Below the pieces are notes generated by a model. The model was not told the origin of the DNA. It did not search any database and saw only the letters and a list, made by a program, of their open reading frames with translations. A stretch of 64,000 bases of DNA from Octopus vulgaris (lineage: Eukaryota), in the NCBI GenBank assembly GCA_951406725.2, contig OX597839.1:4402001-4466000 (forward strand), in the 5' to 3' direction. Made by a program: the position numbers and the translations under genes. Shown here piece by piece: positions 1-13,661 of the stretch. Positions within the stretch are counted from its first letter, which is position 1. Each line of letters opens with the position of its first letter.

Positions 1-589
1 ATCGTCTCTTTTGCCGAACTGCTAAGTTATGGGGATGTAAACACACCAGCATGAGTTATCTATCTATCTATTTATATAATATATTAATAAATAAAACATA
101 TGCACATATATATACATATATGTACGTACCTACCTCTACATGTATATATACACGCATATATGAGTACAGGACACCAAAAAAAGTCGAACACAATGAGAAA
201 CGAAAACATAGACACAAACCCAAGGAACTGGACATTTTTTTAAACAACAAAAAAATAGAGTACAGGACAATTAACTCAAAGAAAAAAATCCCTTCTTCAG
301 TCGCCATGGTTTCATCTACTCTACGTTTCGAAGGTGAAGGCGAATATCTATTTATATATATCATCATCATTATCATCGTGGTCGTCATGACGAATGAAAG
401 CGACATAACAGAAGTAGTACATATACAGCATGTATATATCCTCTTAGAATTCTGGTGGAAAAATGCAAAATTAATATTAAACTCTGATTATTAATATTCG
501 CTCATTCAGGTATCTTAAGCAGGCATTGTAATCATGTAGTAAGCGTCACTGATAAATATATATGTGTATGTGTGATATTATACGTTTAT

Positions 590-655
<66 letters not shown>

Positions 656-668
656 CTATACATATATA

Positions 669-740
<72 letters not shown>

Positions 741-780
741 CGTTTCATATTAAAAGTTGCAAAAATTACAGCATATATAT

Positions 781-810
<30 letters not shown>

Positions 811-814
<4 letters not shown>

Positions 815-1433
815 CACAGAATTTTAAAAAGTCTTAATATATATATCCATAGTGCACATATGAATTTCCAGAGATATGATGAGGGATTACATACTCACAG
901 AAGACAAATTTATCCATTGTTAATTACAACGAGGTGGGTTTCAATTCCTGCTTATTAGCATTACAGAGAGGGTGAATTAATCCTTTGTATAGATGCACAA
1001 TTTCCAATGGTGTAGGTGTAAATTTCAAGGAATTTCATATTCACAGGCGATAAATTTATCAATGGTTGAACACAATGAGGTAGGTATCAATTCTTGCTAT
1101 ATGATTAGGTATTTGCAAATACCTAATCATATAGCAAATTGATACCTACCTCATTGTGTTCAACCATTGATAAATTTATCGCCTGTGAATATGAAATTCC
1201 TTGGAGTACCTACACCATTGGAAATTGTGCATCTATACAAAGGATTAATTCACCCTCTCTGTAATGCTAATAAGCAGGAATTGAAACCCACCTCGTTGTA
1301 ATTAACAAATGGATAAATTTGTCTTCTGTGAGTATGTAATCCCTCATCATATCTCTGGAAATTCATATGTGCACTATGGATTAGGTCACCTTCTCTGTGA
1401 TGCTATTAAGACTTTTTTAAAATTCTGTGATAA
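811..1433. repeat. Spacerless ~300-bp-arm palindrome (inverted 5' duplication of a hammerhead cassette)
   Basis: The centre ATTTGC|AAAT lies at 1111-1120. The left arm TTATCACAGAATTTTAAAAAGTCTTAAT (811) is the reverse complement of 1405-1433, and the arms match throughout with small indels. Confidence 0.95.
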
Positions 1434-1530
1434 GACTGTACATCATCTTTAAAGAACTTTAATGAACTTTTGAATCTGTTTATGTTATATTATCTACATT
1501 ACTTCATGAGTATAGCCTGTATCACATGTA

Positions 1531-1621
1531 TTTTAGCTGATGAGTACGGGACACGTTTATATGCTGTAATTTTTGCAACTTTTAATAAAACCTGTCCTTG
1601 TATGAAACGATTGTACTAAAA
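1531..1621 (+). ncRNA. Type I hammerhead ribozyme (long stem II)
   Basis: TTTTAG-CTGATGA-gtacgggaca...tgtccttgtat-GAAAC-gatt-GTA-CTAAAA: 6-bp stem I, intact core, GUA cleavage triplet. Confidence 0.85.
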
Positions 1622-1959
1622 ACCTATCCATTCTTGTTGCTTCATTCTCGCTTATAATCACCCCACATTACTGTATTGTTAAATCAGTATAGTTTTTTTT
1701 GGTGCATCTAAGTTAGGTACCATATTCAAGTAAATTCATTTAAATTAACTTGAATCTTTATTGCTTTATAAATATATATATGTATAGATACATATATATA
1801 TATATAAATATATATATGTATAGATACATATATATATTTATAAATATATATATAAATATATATATGTATATATACATATATATATAAATATATATATGTA
1901 TAGATACATATATATATATATATATGTATAGATACATATATATATATATGTATATATAC

Positions 1960-2068
<109 letters not shown>

Positions 2069-2752
2069 CATATTCTCTTTTCAATAAGGAGACAATTCCC
2101 AAAGTGGAAAAATAAGCGTCATGTTTACATTCAGAGCGAAGCTAAATTATAGAGTTATTAAAAGAGGTTTATCTTGGATTTCAAATGCACACCCACACAC
2201 ACACACACTCACACAATCATACACACACACACACACACACACACTCTCTCTCTCTCTCTCACACACACACTGATGTAACTGTGTGTGTATTTATATGTTT
2301 GCTTCTATGTGCTTTGTATATAGATGGCTCATGACATTTGCATGCTTCGATATATTCACGTATACTCATGTGTGTGTGCTAGCGCACGTGCAGCATGTAT
2401 GTTTGTGTGATTGCACGTGGATCTGTGTAATCTGTGTGTGTGTGTGTGTGTGTGGCTGTGTTTGTGTAGGTCCCTGCTTCTGGCTCCAGGCTCATCACAT
2501 AACAACATATCTCATGGCAATAAACGCTTAGGTTTTACTATATTTTATAAACCAATCAACCAACAAGTATAATTAAGACGCTCTTATTTCATTATTGCTT
2601 CTGTTTTATTTTTCTGCTTTGTGTTTTTGTTTACTTTTATTGAATTTTCCATATTTGTGTATGTTTATACTTTTTTTTGTTCCAGTGTTAATTATAAATC
2701 GTTCTTATTTCATTTCATTTCCTTCGTATCTTACTTCGCTCAACGATATTGG

Positions 2753-2851
<99 letters not shown>

Positions 2852-2926
2852 CTATCTATCTATGTATCTAGGCTCCTTTATGTGTGTATGTATGTATGTA
2901 TGTATGTATGTATGTATGTATGTATG

Positions 2927-2995
<69 letters not shown>

Positions 2996-3559
2996 GTATA
3001 TATATATGTGTATATATATATAAAATAGTATAGGGTAGCAAAATTATAGAAATTTCCCTACTAGTGGCCTAGCATGTATAAAATGTCAATGGAGAATATA
3101 TTTTCCATATAAAATTAGTGTGCATTTAAACACAAAAGTTCGCTCAGATATTAATGAAACGAAAAAGAGCTAAGAAAAATTGACGAGGGATGGCAGATGC
3201 ATATACTTGAAACGAAGACGAATATCGGTGTAATATGTTGAGTCTAAATGTTACAATATGTTGGTTACTTGGTTGCTTTATTCGTCAAGTTACCAAAAAA
3301 AGCAGTCTAGCATTTAAAGTAGCAACCATATTGTTGTAACGTCCGAAGCCATCTTTCTACCAGTTCTTTCATTCCACACTAATACCATCTCTTGTCCTTG
3401 GAGAAAAAGGACTCTTGCTTGATGAAGCATCTCAAGAGCAGGAACTGAGGCATGCATCGGAACAAGTAGTAACCTAAGAGAACTAGCACTAGATCCTGGG
3501 TCTAGCATCTGTTCGATTCAACCAATGTTAGTCCTGTTAAATCAAAAATAAAGAATATT

Positions 3560-3999
3560 GGATCTTTTCGGTTTGAACGGCAGTATTTCACCTAATTTCT
3601 TGGTAACTAAAAAATTTTAAACTTCGTATACTGGTAGAATGTGTTTATAAAACATATTTTTCTCCTGGCTTTCTTGAGAAAATTCTATAGTTTGTAAGAT
3701 ATTTGTTGTTTTTTTCTTCAATTTCTGCAATTTCAACCAATCAATGACGTCCATTGATGTAAAAAAACATTCTGTGCCGTATGAATATGTCCCTCGTTTA
3801 AGAAACAGATTGGGTTTATTTACATTTGTGAAGAAAAAAGATACCCTTCCCTCCACCCCTAAACCTAACCCTAACTCCAACCCTAACCCTAACCCTAAAA
3901 CAGATTGAAATGCAATAGATCGATACTAGGGTCATAATTATGGGTGACAATTTCATATGACACCGCTAGAAAAAACTGCTGGTCAAACCGAAAAGATCC
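3560..3999. mobile_element. MITE / non-autonomous DNA transposon with internal telomeric-type repeats
   Basis: TIRs GGATCTTTTCGGTTTGAACGGCAGT / ACTGCTGGTCAAACCGAAAAGATCC, flanked by a 7-bp direct repeat GAATATT (3553-3559, 4000-4006). Internal (CCCTAA)n-like tract at ~3856-3899. Confidence 0.85.
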
Positions 4000-4199
4000 G
4001 AATATTTATCCATCAATGAGGCGTTAAGCACTCATCCTCACTATCTCACTGTTCGGTATTAAGCCAGTCAACTGAATATGGGCATGTTTGCTTAACTGCC
4101 TTCGAATGTCTTTTGTCTAAGGTGCTGCACTCACGACTGCGAGATCGTGGTTTGAATTCCTAGTTCGATTTTTTCAAGTTCTTGGAGTTTATTCCGAGT

Positions 4200-4720
4200 T
4201 GTTCGAGGGATTTAAAGGGATTGCGTTTTCTTAATGCAGAAGAGCCCGCTTTCTGTTAACCAATGTCGAGGTTTCTTTGCTGCACGACGTTTTTTGCTGG
4301 CATACATCCGCTCCAGCTCTTCTGAGTACAGGTTGGCATGTATGGTTTGACAGTCCGAAACGAATTCAATGTGAAATATCTTCTGATAATTCCACCAGAA
4401 GCAGAGCATCACATTGTGTTCGAAACGTCCGTGTTTGGCAAAAAGTTCCGGAATCTGGCCCTTGCTTAACCGCTGCTTATGCACGTCAGGATCGCGGAAC
4501 GTTTAAAGAGAGATCCACGAAGAACATATCAAATTATGAAGTAACACCTCTAAAAAGTTTGAGGCTTTATCTTCAAATATCCGGCATGTTCTTCCTTCAA
4601 CTTGTCACATCCATTAAAAAGCACAAACAAACCAAACCAAAACAAAAAAAGGAAAAAAAGACAAAAAAACCCCAAAAACAAAAAGGCTTCCGTTTACGAA
4701 TTAGACATTACTGTTGACAG
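4200..4720 (-). mobile_element. Degenerate mariner transposase fragment
   Basis: ORF 4212-4484 (VMLCFWWNYQKIFHIEFVSDCQTIHANLYSEELERM) resembles the mariner catalytic-domain segment VMLCVWW..GI.H.E......TINA..Y..QL.RL. Boundaries are approximate. Confidence 0.75.
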
Positions 4721-5588
4721 TCCACAACTTCCAGACATTCGTAATTACATCTTTACGGCGATCAGATGTTTGTGATTAGATCTGTTTGTATTCGTTAAAT
4801 GATATAATTCATATTAAATTTGCATTTAATACAACAATTTGTTTAAGGAATAATTCTACTTCACCGATACAGATTGTATCAATAAATTTCCAACATGCAT
4901 AAACATTAACATGTATTTCGTTGTATGAACATGCATAGACATGTATTTCATAATGATTTCATCGTATTAATAAGCTTGCAACATGGACACGTGTATCTAA
5001 TTTAATCATTTAATTTAATTAATAAACTTGTAACATATATACACACGTATTTCCTCGTATTAATAAACATGTAATAATTATACGTGTATTTAGTTTCATC
5101 ATTTAAGTGTATTAACAAGCTTCTAACATGTATAAACATGGATTCAATTTAACATTTAATATTTGTTTATCATTATTAATTTAATTTTCCAGCAGTGAAT
5201 GGAGATTTACATAGATGGCAGGTGTATATTTAAAAAAAAAAATGAAGGAAGATAGCTCGAAGTAGCCAGTAGCTTGTACTTCGATAAGTTAGAGAAATAC
5301 ACGTATGTTAAATACCATGCAACACAAATTCTTGACTTATTAAAATTACTGCCATTTCTTGAAGATGATTAAAATGATCAAATTGTAATTGAGACCATCT
5401 CCACTCGAGGAGGGAAGAAAGTCTCAAGAATCAAAATAGGAAAGGTATAGTATTATTGTCTGAAGGTATGAGGACAGCATGAAGATTGTCCAAGAGAAGT
5501 ATTGCGGAATTTTGTAAGGCCAAGTTTTTTAAACTGATAATATGGAAATATCTAGAACCAAGGGATTTTAAAAAATGACTAATTGACG

Positions 5589-5670
<82 letters not shown>

Positions 5671-5673
<3 letters not shown>

Positions 5674-5775
5674 GACATGGAAAGCAGTCAAGAAACACGC
5701 TAATGATCGCAAAAAGTGGAAAACAACTGTTGAGGCCCTATGCTCCACAAGGGGCAAAAAGGATTAAGAAGAAGG
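5671..5775 (+). mobile_element. 5'-truncated 3' end of an RTE-clade LINE
   Basis: Encodes TWKAVKKHANDRKKWKTTVEALCSTRGKKD*, matching the RTE C-terminal A.DR..W...V.ALC motif, followed by an AAG-repeat tail. Confidence 0.65.
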
Positions 5776-5808
5776 AGAAGATTTAAAGGTCATAATACAT
5801 GTATTAAG

Positions 5809-5861
5809 GCGCTACTAATAGTTTCATATGTTGAGAGATCTCAATTATATTCTTCAGGCGC
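5809..5861 (-). ncRNA. Type I hammerhead ribozyme (left arm of inverted pair 5781-6031)
   Basis: The minus strand reads GCGC-CTGAAGA-atataattgagatctctcaacatat-GAAAC-tatta-GTA-GCGC. Confidence 0.75.
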
Positions 5862-5951
5862 ACACCACATATAACAAAAAAAAAAAGAAATTGAAAATAA
5901 AAAAAAGAAATTGAATATGCAATTTCTTTTGTTTGTTATGATATGTGGTTT

Positions 5952-6004
5952 GCGCCTGAAGAATAAGTTTGAGTTTTCTCAGCATACGAAACCATTAGTA
6001 GCGC
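5952..6004 (+). ncRNA. Type I hammerhead ribozyme (right arm of inverted pair 5781-6031)
   Basis: GCGC-CTGAAGA-ataagtttgagttttctcagcatac-GAAAC-catta-GTA-GCGC. Confidence 0.75.
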
Positions 6005-6039
6005 TTTAATACATGTATTGTGACCTTTAAATAAATATT

Positions 6040-6101
<62 letters not shown>

Positions 6102-6181
6102 GAGTCGCCATGATAGATCGTTAGCCACTACACACATTTTTTTCTCTCCTTGTTTCTCTCCTTGTTTTTTTTTCTGTGTCC

Positions 6182-6217
6182 CTTTCTGTAGAAGAGCGTA
6201 GGCTCGAAACGTAAAAG
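6182..6217 (+). ncRNA. Minimal variant hammerhead motif in (TA)n-flanked cassette 6102-6310
   Basis: CTTT-CTGTAGA-a-GAGC-gtag-GCTC-GAAAC-GTA-AAAG. The core deviates (CUGUAGA) and stem III is reduced to the palindrome ACGT. Confidence 0.6.
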
Positions 6218-6306
6218 ACTTTTTCTATTCCTGAGCATTATACTAATACATCTGTTTGTTTTGTACACCACCTGTCTTCGTCCTTGTTTTTCTTTTCGTA
6301 AAGTCT

Positions 6307-6341
<35 letters not shown>

Positions 6342-6435
6342 TATGTGTATGTCTGTCTGTGTATATATACCTATATATAGGCGTTTATGTCAATACTGAA
6401 ACGCAACAATACAGTCACTTTCGCCATCATCATCG

Positions 6436-6483
<48 letters not shown>

Positions 6484-7313
6484 ACAATAACATCAAACTT
6501 CGTAACCATAATCAACTGCTACAGCAACGTCGACCACAACAACATCCGAAGCTTCATCGTCGTTGAAATCAACATCAAAAGAGCTACAACGACAACAACG
6601 GCAACAATAACAACAACAACAACAACACCGGCAATCTCAGCCACACATTATAACCATAACCATAACAGCAATATTAACAACAACAACAACAACAACAACA
6701 AAAGAAAAACAATGCCAGTAAACAACGAAAACAACGAAAACAACAATAACAACAGCAAAAACAATATTTGCGACAAAGCATTCCAAGAGCGGCAAACGTT
6801 ATTAAGACAACCGACAACATCAAAAACGACAAATGAAACAACTGTAAATTACGGCGTAATTAACAACTGCATCATCAGTAGCAGCAGCAGCAGAGGCGGC
6901 GGTGGCGGTGGCGGTGGCGGCGGCAGTGTCATTAACAACAACATGAACATCAATAACAACAGACGGAATTACAATACAAGAAGGTCACAAAACTTATACA
7001 GGAAACAAATCTATAAATGTATATATAAAAACATATGTATATGTGTATATATATATATATATGCATATATATATATATATACATGTGTGTGTATGTATAT
7101 ATATGTTTGTGTGTGTGTATATATACACACATATATATGTATATATTTATATATATGCATGTATATGCATGTATGTACGTATATATACATACGTATATAT
7201 ATATATATTTATATATATATACTCATATATATATATACACACACACACACATATATATATACTTGTATATATAAAACATATATACGTGTATATATATATA
7301 TTCATATATACAT

Positions 7314-7392
<79 letters not shown>

Positions 7393-7400
7393 AAGGACTT

Positions 7401-7437
<37 letters not shown>

Positions 7438-7554
7438 TATACATACTGATGTACATTGATAAATATATGCACAGATTACACACACATATATAGAGAGAGG
7501 AAAGGGTAATTCCTTCCTATGGAGAGCAGACACATGAAAGAGAACGAAAGAGAA

Positions 7555-7589
<35 letters not shown>

Positions 7590-8021
7590 CAGAAAGAGAA
7601 AGAAAGAGAGAAAGAGGTAGAGAAGTGAGAAAGAACGAAAGTGGTGGCGAGAAACGAAATATCAAATAACAAAAACAAATCGGTTAAAACGCAACACAAA
7701 ATAACCAGGAAACAGTGCACAAGAGGACAAATGATAGCAAAAGACAAAGAGAAAACTAGAAAAGAAAAGAAAAACAACAACAAAACAACACCCAAACAAT
7801 TAAAAGAAAACAGCTGAGCACTTTAGAACCTGCAGTGCAACTATTCAAAGAATATGGCGGCTGCGCAGATGGAAAATGTCGGGGAACTAATTGTGACCCG
7901 GAAGCATTTGCGAAAGAGGACATTAGCAAATTGCACGGTAGTTAAGTTGGTGGTAAGTGGTAAGTCGTGTACTTGAAGATATATGTATGTATATATGTGT
8001 ATGTTTATATTTATATATACG

Positions 8022-8101
<80 letters not shown>

Positions 8102-8193
8102 CATGTATATATTTATGCATAGACACACGCAGACTCACACATATCTCTCTCTCTCTCTCTCTCTTTGTATATATATATGCGTGTGTGTGTATG

Positions 8194-8224
<31 letters not shown>

Positions 8225-8381
8225 GCATAAATATATACATGCATATATATATATACACATACGTATATATATCTTCTGAAAGCGGAATAAAGAATAATGG
8301 AATAAACAGATAAATAAACGCGGGAATACTTGAGTACATGAATAATTGAATTGTATAAATTTATTTGAATATACATACATA

Positions 8382-8490
<109 letters not shown>

Positions 8491-8642
8491 GCATATATAT
8501 ATATATATATATATGCATATTTTTACATATACATACATATGCACATACACACATATATATGTCTATATGCATCTGTCTATATATGCCTAAATATATATGT
8601 ATATATATATATACATATATATATATAAATGTATGTATATAT

Positions 8643-8721
<79 letters not shown>

Positions 8722-9158
8722 CATACATACATACACACATAAATATAGGCATTCGATGGGCTACGAAGGTGAACTATCCAAAAGGGATGATTGCGATAAA
8801 TATATAAGTTTTATGTACAAACAAATGGAAAAATCAAACAAACCGGAATAACGAAAACAGAAGCAAACAAAACAAACAAAAGAAAACAAAACAAAACAAA
8901 AAAAAATACGAACAAACACAAGGAAAGCAACTACAACAACAGCAACGACAAAACCTGCCAAAAATGTACCTCGAAGCATTGACGAAACAAAGCAAATCTC
9001 ATTACGATACTAACTGCTGGAATGTAGATGACGAAATTAGAGAAAAGTAAGATTGAATGTCTTAATGGCTATGTATGATAAAGTGAGCGACCGTTTTTGA
9101 CTCGATATGACTCAGTGAATGGGATCCTTTCTAGGATAACGGAATGTTTCACTACACT

Positions 9159-9194
<36 letters not shown>

Positions 9195-9609
9195 TTGTAT
9201 TCTTGTATTCTTGTATTCTTTTACTTGCTTCAGTAATTTGATAGCTGCCATGCTGGAGCACCGCCTTAAAGGGTGTTTGTTAGTCGAAGAAATCGACCTC
9301 AGGACTTATTCTTTGTAAGCCTAGTACTTATTCTATCGGTCTCTTTTGCCGAAGCGCTATGTTACGGGGACATAAACATACCAGCATCGGTTGTCAAGCG
9401 ATGTTGGGGGAGGGTCAAACACAGACACACAAACATGTTGGGGGACAAACACAGGCACAGACAAACACTCACAGACACAGACATACACGCACACACACAA
9501 ATATATATATATATATATATTGGGAAAGTTTACGAAAAAAACAAAAGACGAAGACAGGTGGTGTACAAAACAAACAGATGTACTAATATAACGCTCAGGT
9601 ATAGAAAGT

Positions 9610-9645
9610 CTTTTACGTTTCGAGCCTACGCTCTTCTACAGAAAG
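9610..9645 (-). ncRNA. Minimal variant hammerhead motif (second copy of the 6182 family)
   Basis: Exact reverse complement of the 6182-6217 motif. Cassette 9521-9690 is homologous to 6102-6310. Confidence 0.6.
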
Positions 9646-9821
9646 GGACACAGAAAAAAACAAGGGGAGAAACAAGGAGAGAAAAAAAAATATATATGTA
9701 TATATATGAAATTAACAGAATGAGATAAAAAAATCCAAGGCTGTAAAGATTTCAGTATATCTATAAATAGAAGGTCTTACATCTTTTTCCGGGATATTTT
9801 ATACATCCATTTTCTCACACC

Positions 9822-9869
9822 GTCTCCGATGACGGGATATATAAAATATCCCGGAAACAGCTGTAAGAC
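9822..9869 (+). ncRNA. Type I hammerhead ribozyme
   Basis: GTCT-CCGATGA-CGGGATAT-ataaa-ATATCCCG-GAAAC-agct-GTA-AGAC: 8-bp stem II and palindromic stem III ACAGCTGT. It is preceded by an inverted partial copy at ~9731-9803. Confidence 0.88.
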
Positions 9870-10090
9870 CTTCTATTTACAAATGTTCTGAAATCTTTAC
9901 AGCCTTGGATTTTTACCTTGTTCTGTAAATTTTTTTATATATACAAATGCTGACATAAGACCTACGTTGGACTCCTCATTCGCATAATCACCGGACCTGG
10001 AGTTTAACTATAGTCTGTCCATAGCACTTACTAAGCATTACCTGACTCCTTTGGGCCTTCATGATACCATTACCTCTCATAACCTCCATA

Positions 10091-10141
<51 letters not shown>

Positions 10142-10422
10142 ATATATATATATACATATATATACATATATATATATATTTATATATATATTTATTTATT
10201 TATATGCATACACCACGGGTTTCTTCCAGTTTCCGTACACCAAATCCACACACATGGGTTTGGTCGACCCGAGGCTATAGTAGAAGACATTTGCCCAAGG
10301 TGCCATGCAGTGGGACAGAACAGGGATTCATGTTCTTGTGAAGCAAGCTTCATGTCACACGCCTACGCCAGTGCTTATACACACACATATGCATATACAT
10401 ACATACATACATGCATGCATGC

Positions 10423-10475
<53 letters not shown>

Positions 10476-10949
10476 CATACAGCGAACACCCACCATTGGT
10501 CATCACAGTTGCTCAAGGTAAAAATGAATTCCTCGCTCTTTCAGGAACAGCAATTTTTATATTGACTGCATTCCACCACTTTGATCTATTTTTTATATAT
10601 CACCACCACGAACCACTGCATCATACACTTTAAACATATAGCATGAACGAACTCACTTCAAACTAAATATGAACTGTATGATGTCTGACTCCATTGTGTA
10701 TTATAAATGAATTTCTTATATTTGATAGCATGAACTATCTTTTTTTATTTATAACTTTTTTGATAAGGTTCATTTCAGGAACTGAAACATGTTATAATGT
10801 ATATATAAAAATTAAAAATTGTATAATATAGCAGCATTTTCGAACTTCATTTTTTACAAATATATATCTACTCGTACACGAGCTAATCCTATTATAAATA
10901 TGTATATATATATATATAGTATTTCATACATAAATATATGAGAGAATTT

Positions 10950-11011
<62 letters not shown>

Positions 11012-11149
11012 ATAGGTGTGTGTAGGCGTATACACACACACAAACACACACACATATATACACATATATATGCATATATATATATACGTACATACATACA
11101 TATACATGTACATATATAACCGTGCTAACGGTTCTGCCAGCTCGCCGCC

Positions 11150-11264
<115 letters not shown>

Positions 11265-11735
11265 CATACATACATACATACATACATACATACATACAGA
11301 AACAGACAGATACTCATCTTTATGGCACTGGAATTTTAATGCATTTTAAAACATTCGTGTCTGTATATATGTTTATATGTGTGAGCATATGTGTAACGAG
11401 TTTCGGTAGAAGCAGCAAAATAAAGTAACGTTGCCTTCATAACAATTACACTTTAAATGTTTATAGAATGTTAAGAGGCTCTCTTAGCTAGAAATATTTT
11501 CCAATATTCTCCTTCTTCCTACTTTCATATATACATGCATACATGCTTACCTACATATGTATATATACGTATATGTATATACGTATGCATTATTCATTTT
11601 TTTTAATTGCATTTAATTATTTGAATTTATTTGTTTTATATATTCTATTGTTTTGTTTTGTGTCCGTCTCTCTGTCTGTCCGTGTGTTTATTTCTCCCTC
11701 TGTGTCTCTCTTTCTGTTTCTGTCTGTCTGTCTCT

Positions 11736-11794
<59 letters not shown>

Positions 11795-11921
11795 CAAAAT
11801 ATTGTAATCTTGTCATTAGTCTGTTTACGTATATTATTTAAGAAGCTCTTTGAACTTCACAGACAAATTTACGTGTTTGTTTTTACATATATACGTGTGT
11901 GTGTGTATGTATATGTATATG

Positions 11922-11978
<57 letters not shown>

Positions 11979-12234
11979 ATGCATCTATATCTGTTTTCTG
12001 TGTGTCTATCTATTAACATATAAGCGCAGAGTTCCTCTCTCTCTCTCAGCCACCCCATAATAGATAGATAGATAGATAGATAGATATAGATAGATATATC
12101 GACTAATTTTGAAAATGGTGAAGTGAGAATTATATATATGCGGGGTTTGGTGAATAAACTTTCGTCTAAATTATGCAAATATAAAAACAACACTGTCATC
12201 TCATTCTAAGAGATATACTTACCAAAATTACATA

Positions 12235-13085
12235 AAAATATCTTGAAATACTAAAGAGTAAATTTATTCAATAAAATTGCCATTGTATTCAGTTACGGCC
12301 TCCAGACGACTTCGGAATCTCCTTCAGCTCTTCTGGATGGTCTCCTTGTTTAAGTTGGTGAATGCTGCTATAATCGCTGACTTCACTTCATCTTTGGTGT
12401 TACAAGGAGTTTTGTTGGTCTCTCTGGGGAGTTAGGTGGTCAGATGTTAGAGGTGATGTGGTTGCAGAAATAGTCTGACAGCCACGAATGGGTTCTCCTG
12501 CTTGTGTAGCATGGTGCAGAGTCCTGTTACCATACATAAGGTCTTCCAGCAGCCACCCTCTTGACACAGGACAGCACTGCTTCTTCCAGGCACTTGATGT
12601 AGGCCTCTTTGTTGAGTCTAAGGCTGTGTGGGAAGATAAATGGAGGTATAACATCACCATCACTAATGATCACTCCAAACACCATGAGGTTGACCGGATG
12701 TTTGATTTTTATCACTCTCGGTACTTGTTTTGGGGACACGCAAAGCCAATAGTTGTCCTGTGTGCTCAACATCTGATCCTGGCATAAATTTTTCTCGTCT
12801 GAGAAAAACCGATACATGTTCGGTTTTAGGAGATGCTTGAATTTGTTCAAAAGTTTCGTAGACCGGTTTTTCCTCTTGTTCTTGATGGTTTGGGATGAAA
12901 ATTGAAGCTTCCGGCGCGAATGCCAAGCAATACAGCAAGCCGTTTCCAAATTTCCGGGAGAGTGAATTACGTCATGGTGCTGTTTTTCTCAGAGACGGTG
13001 TCCAACCGACCCTATTAGACTGAGTAGTCGATAAATTCAAAAGCAAACAATGCGCATGGGCGAAATTAAAAACATAAATAGGCGA
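12235..13085 (-). mobile_element. Tc1/mariner (probably DD37D/maT-like) transposon remnant
   Basis: ORF 12527-12949 contains FFSDEKN, VMVFGVIISDGDVIPPFIF and GRPYVW, with stops and frameshifts. Homologous to 38640-39320. Confidence 0.85.
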
Positions 13086-13159
13086 CAATGTACCCATCGT
13101 ACCCTCTACACACAGAAACACACTTACACACTCGCATATATATATATATATTGTGTATG

Positions 13160-13206
<47 letters not shown>

Positions 13207-13569
13207 GTATGTACAGTATATGTATATGTATATATATATATTTATGTATATGTATATATATATATATATATATATACATATATATATTCATCTATATATA
13301 TATGTATATAGATGAATATATATATATACACACATGTATATTTATCGATGTATGTAAGTACGTATTTACCTATATATGTAGTATTAATATGAATGCATAT
13401 ATATATACTATATGTGCATATATATAATTAATAAAATAAAGTACCTATACCTATATTCGAAATACTTACGTGTATATATATATATATATATATATATACG
13501 TACACAAAAGATATATATGTATACATATATATATACATATATGTATGTATATATATATATATATACACA

Positions 13570-13661
<92 letters not shown>

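Larger units (their letters stand above)
9213..10370 (-). mobile_element. tRNA-derived SINE family A, split by two nested hammerhead cassettes
   Basis: The 3' half (9213-~9500) and 5' half (~10213-10370) match the intact copies at 39323-39731 and 51920-52373. Cassettes 9521-9690 and 9705-10090 lie in the SINE's internal (TA)n tract. Confidence 0.8.

Noticed and set aside
3856-3899. Telomere or chromosome-fusion scar
   Set aside because: The tract is short and lies inside a TIR/TSD-bounded MITE.
6712-7020. N/S/G-rich ORF start (MPVNNENN...)
   Set aside because: It is low-complexity trinucleotide sequence that runs into (TA)n, with no splice or homology support.
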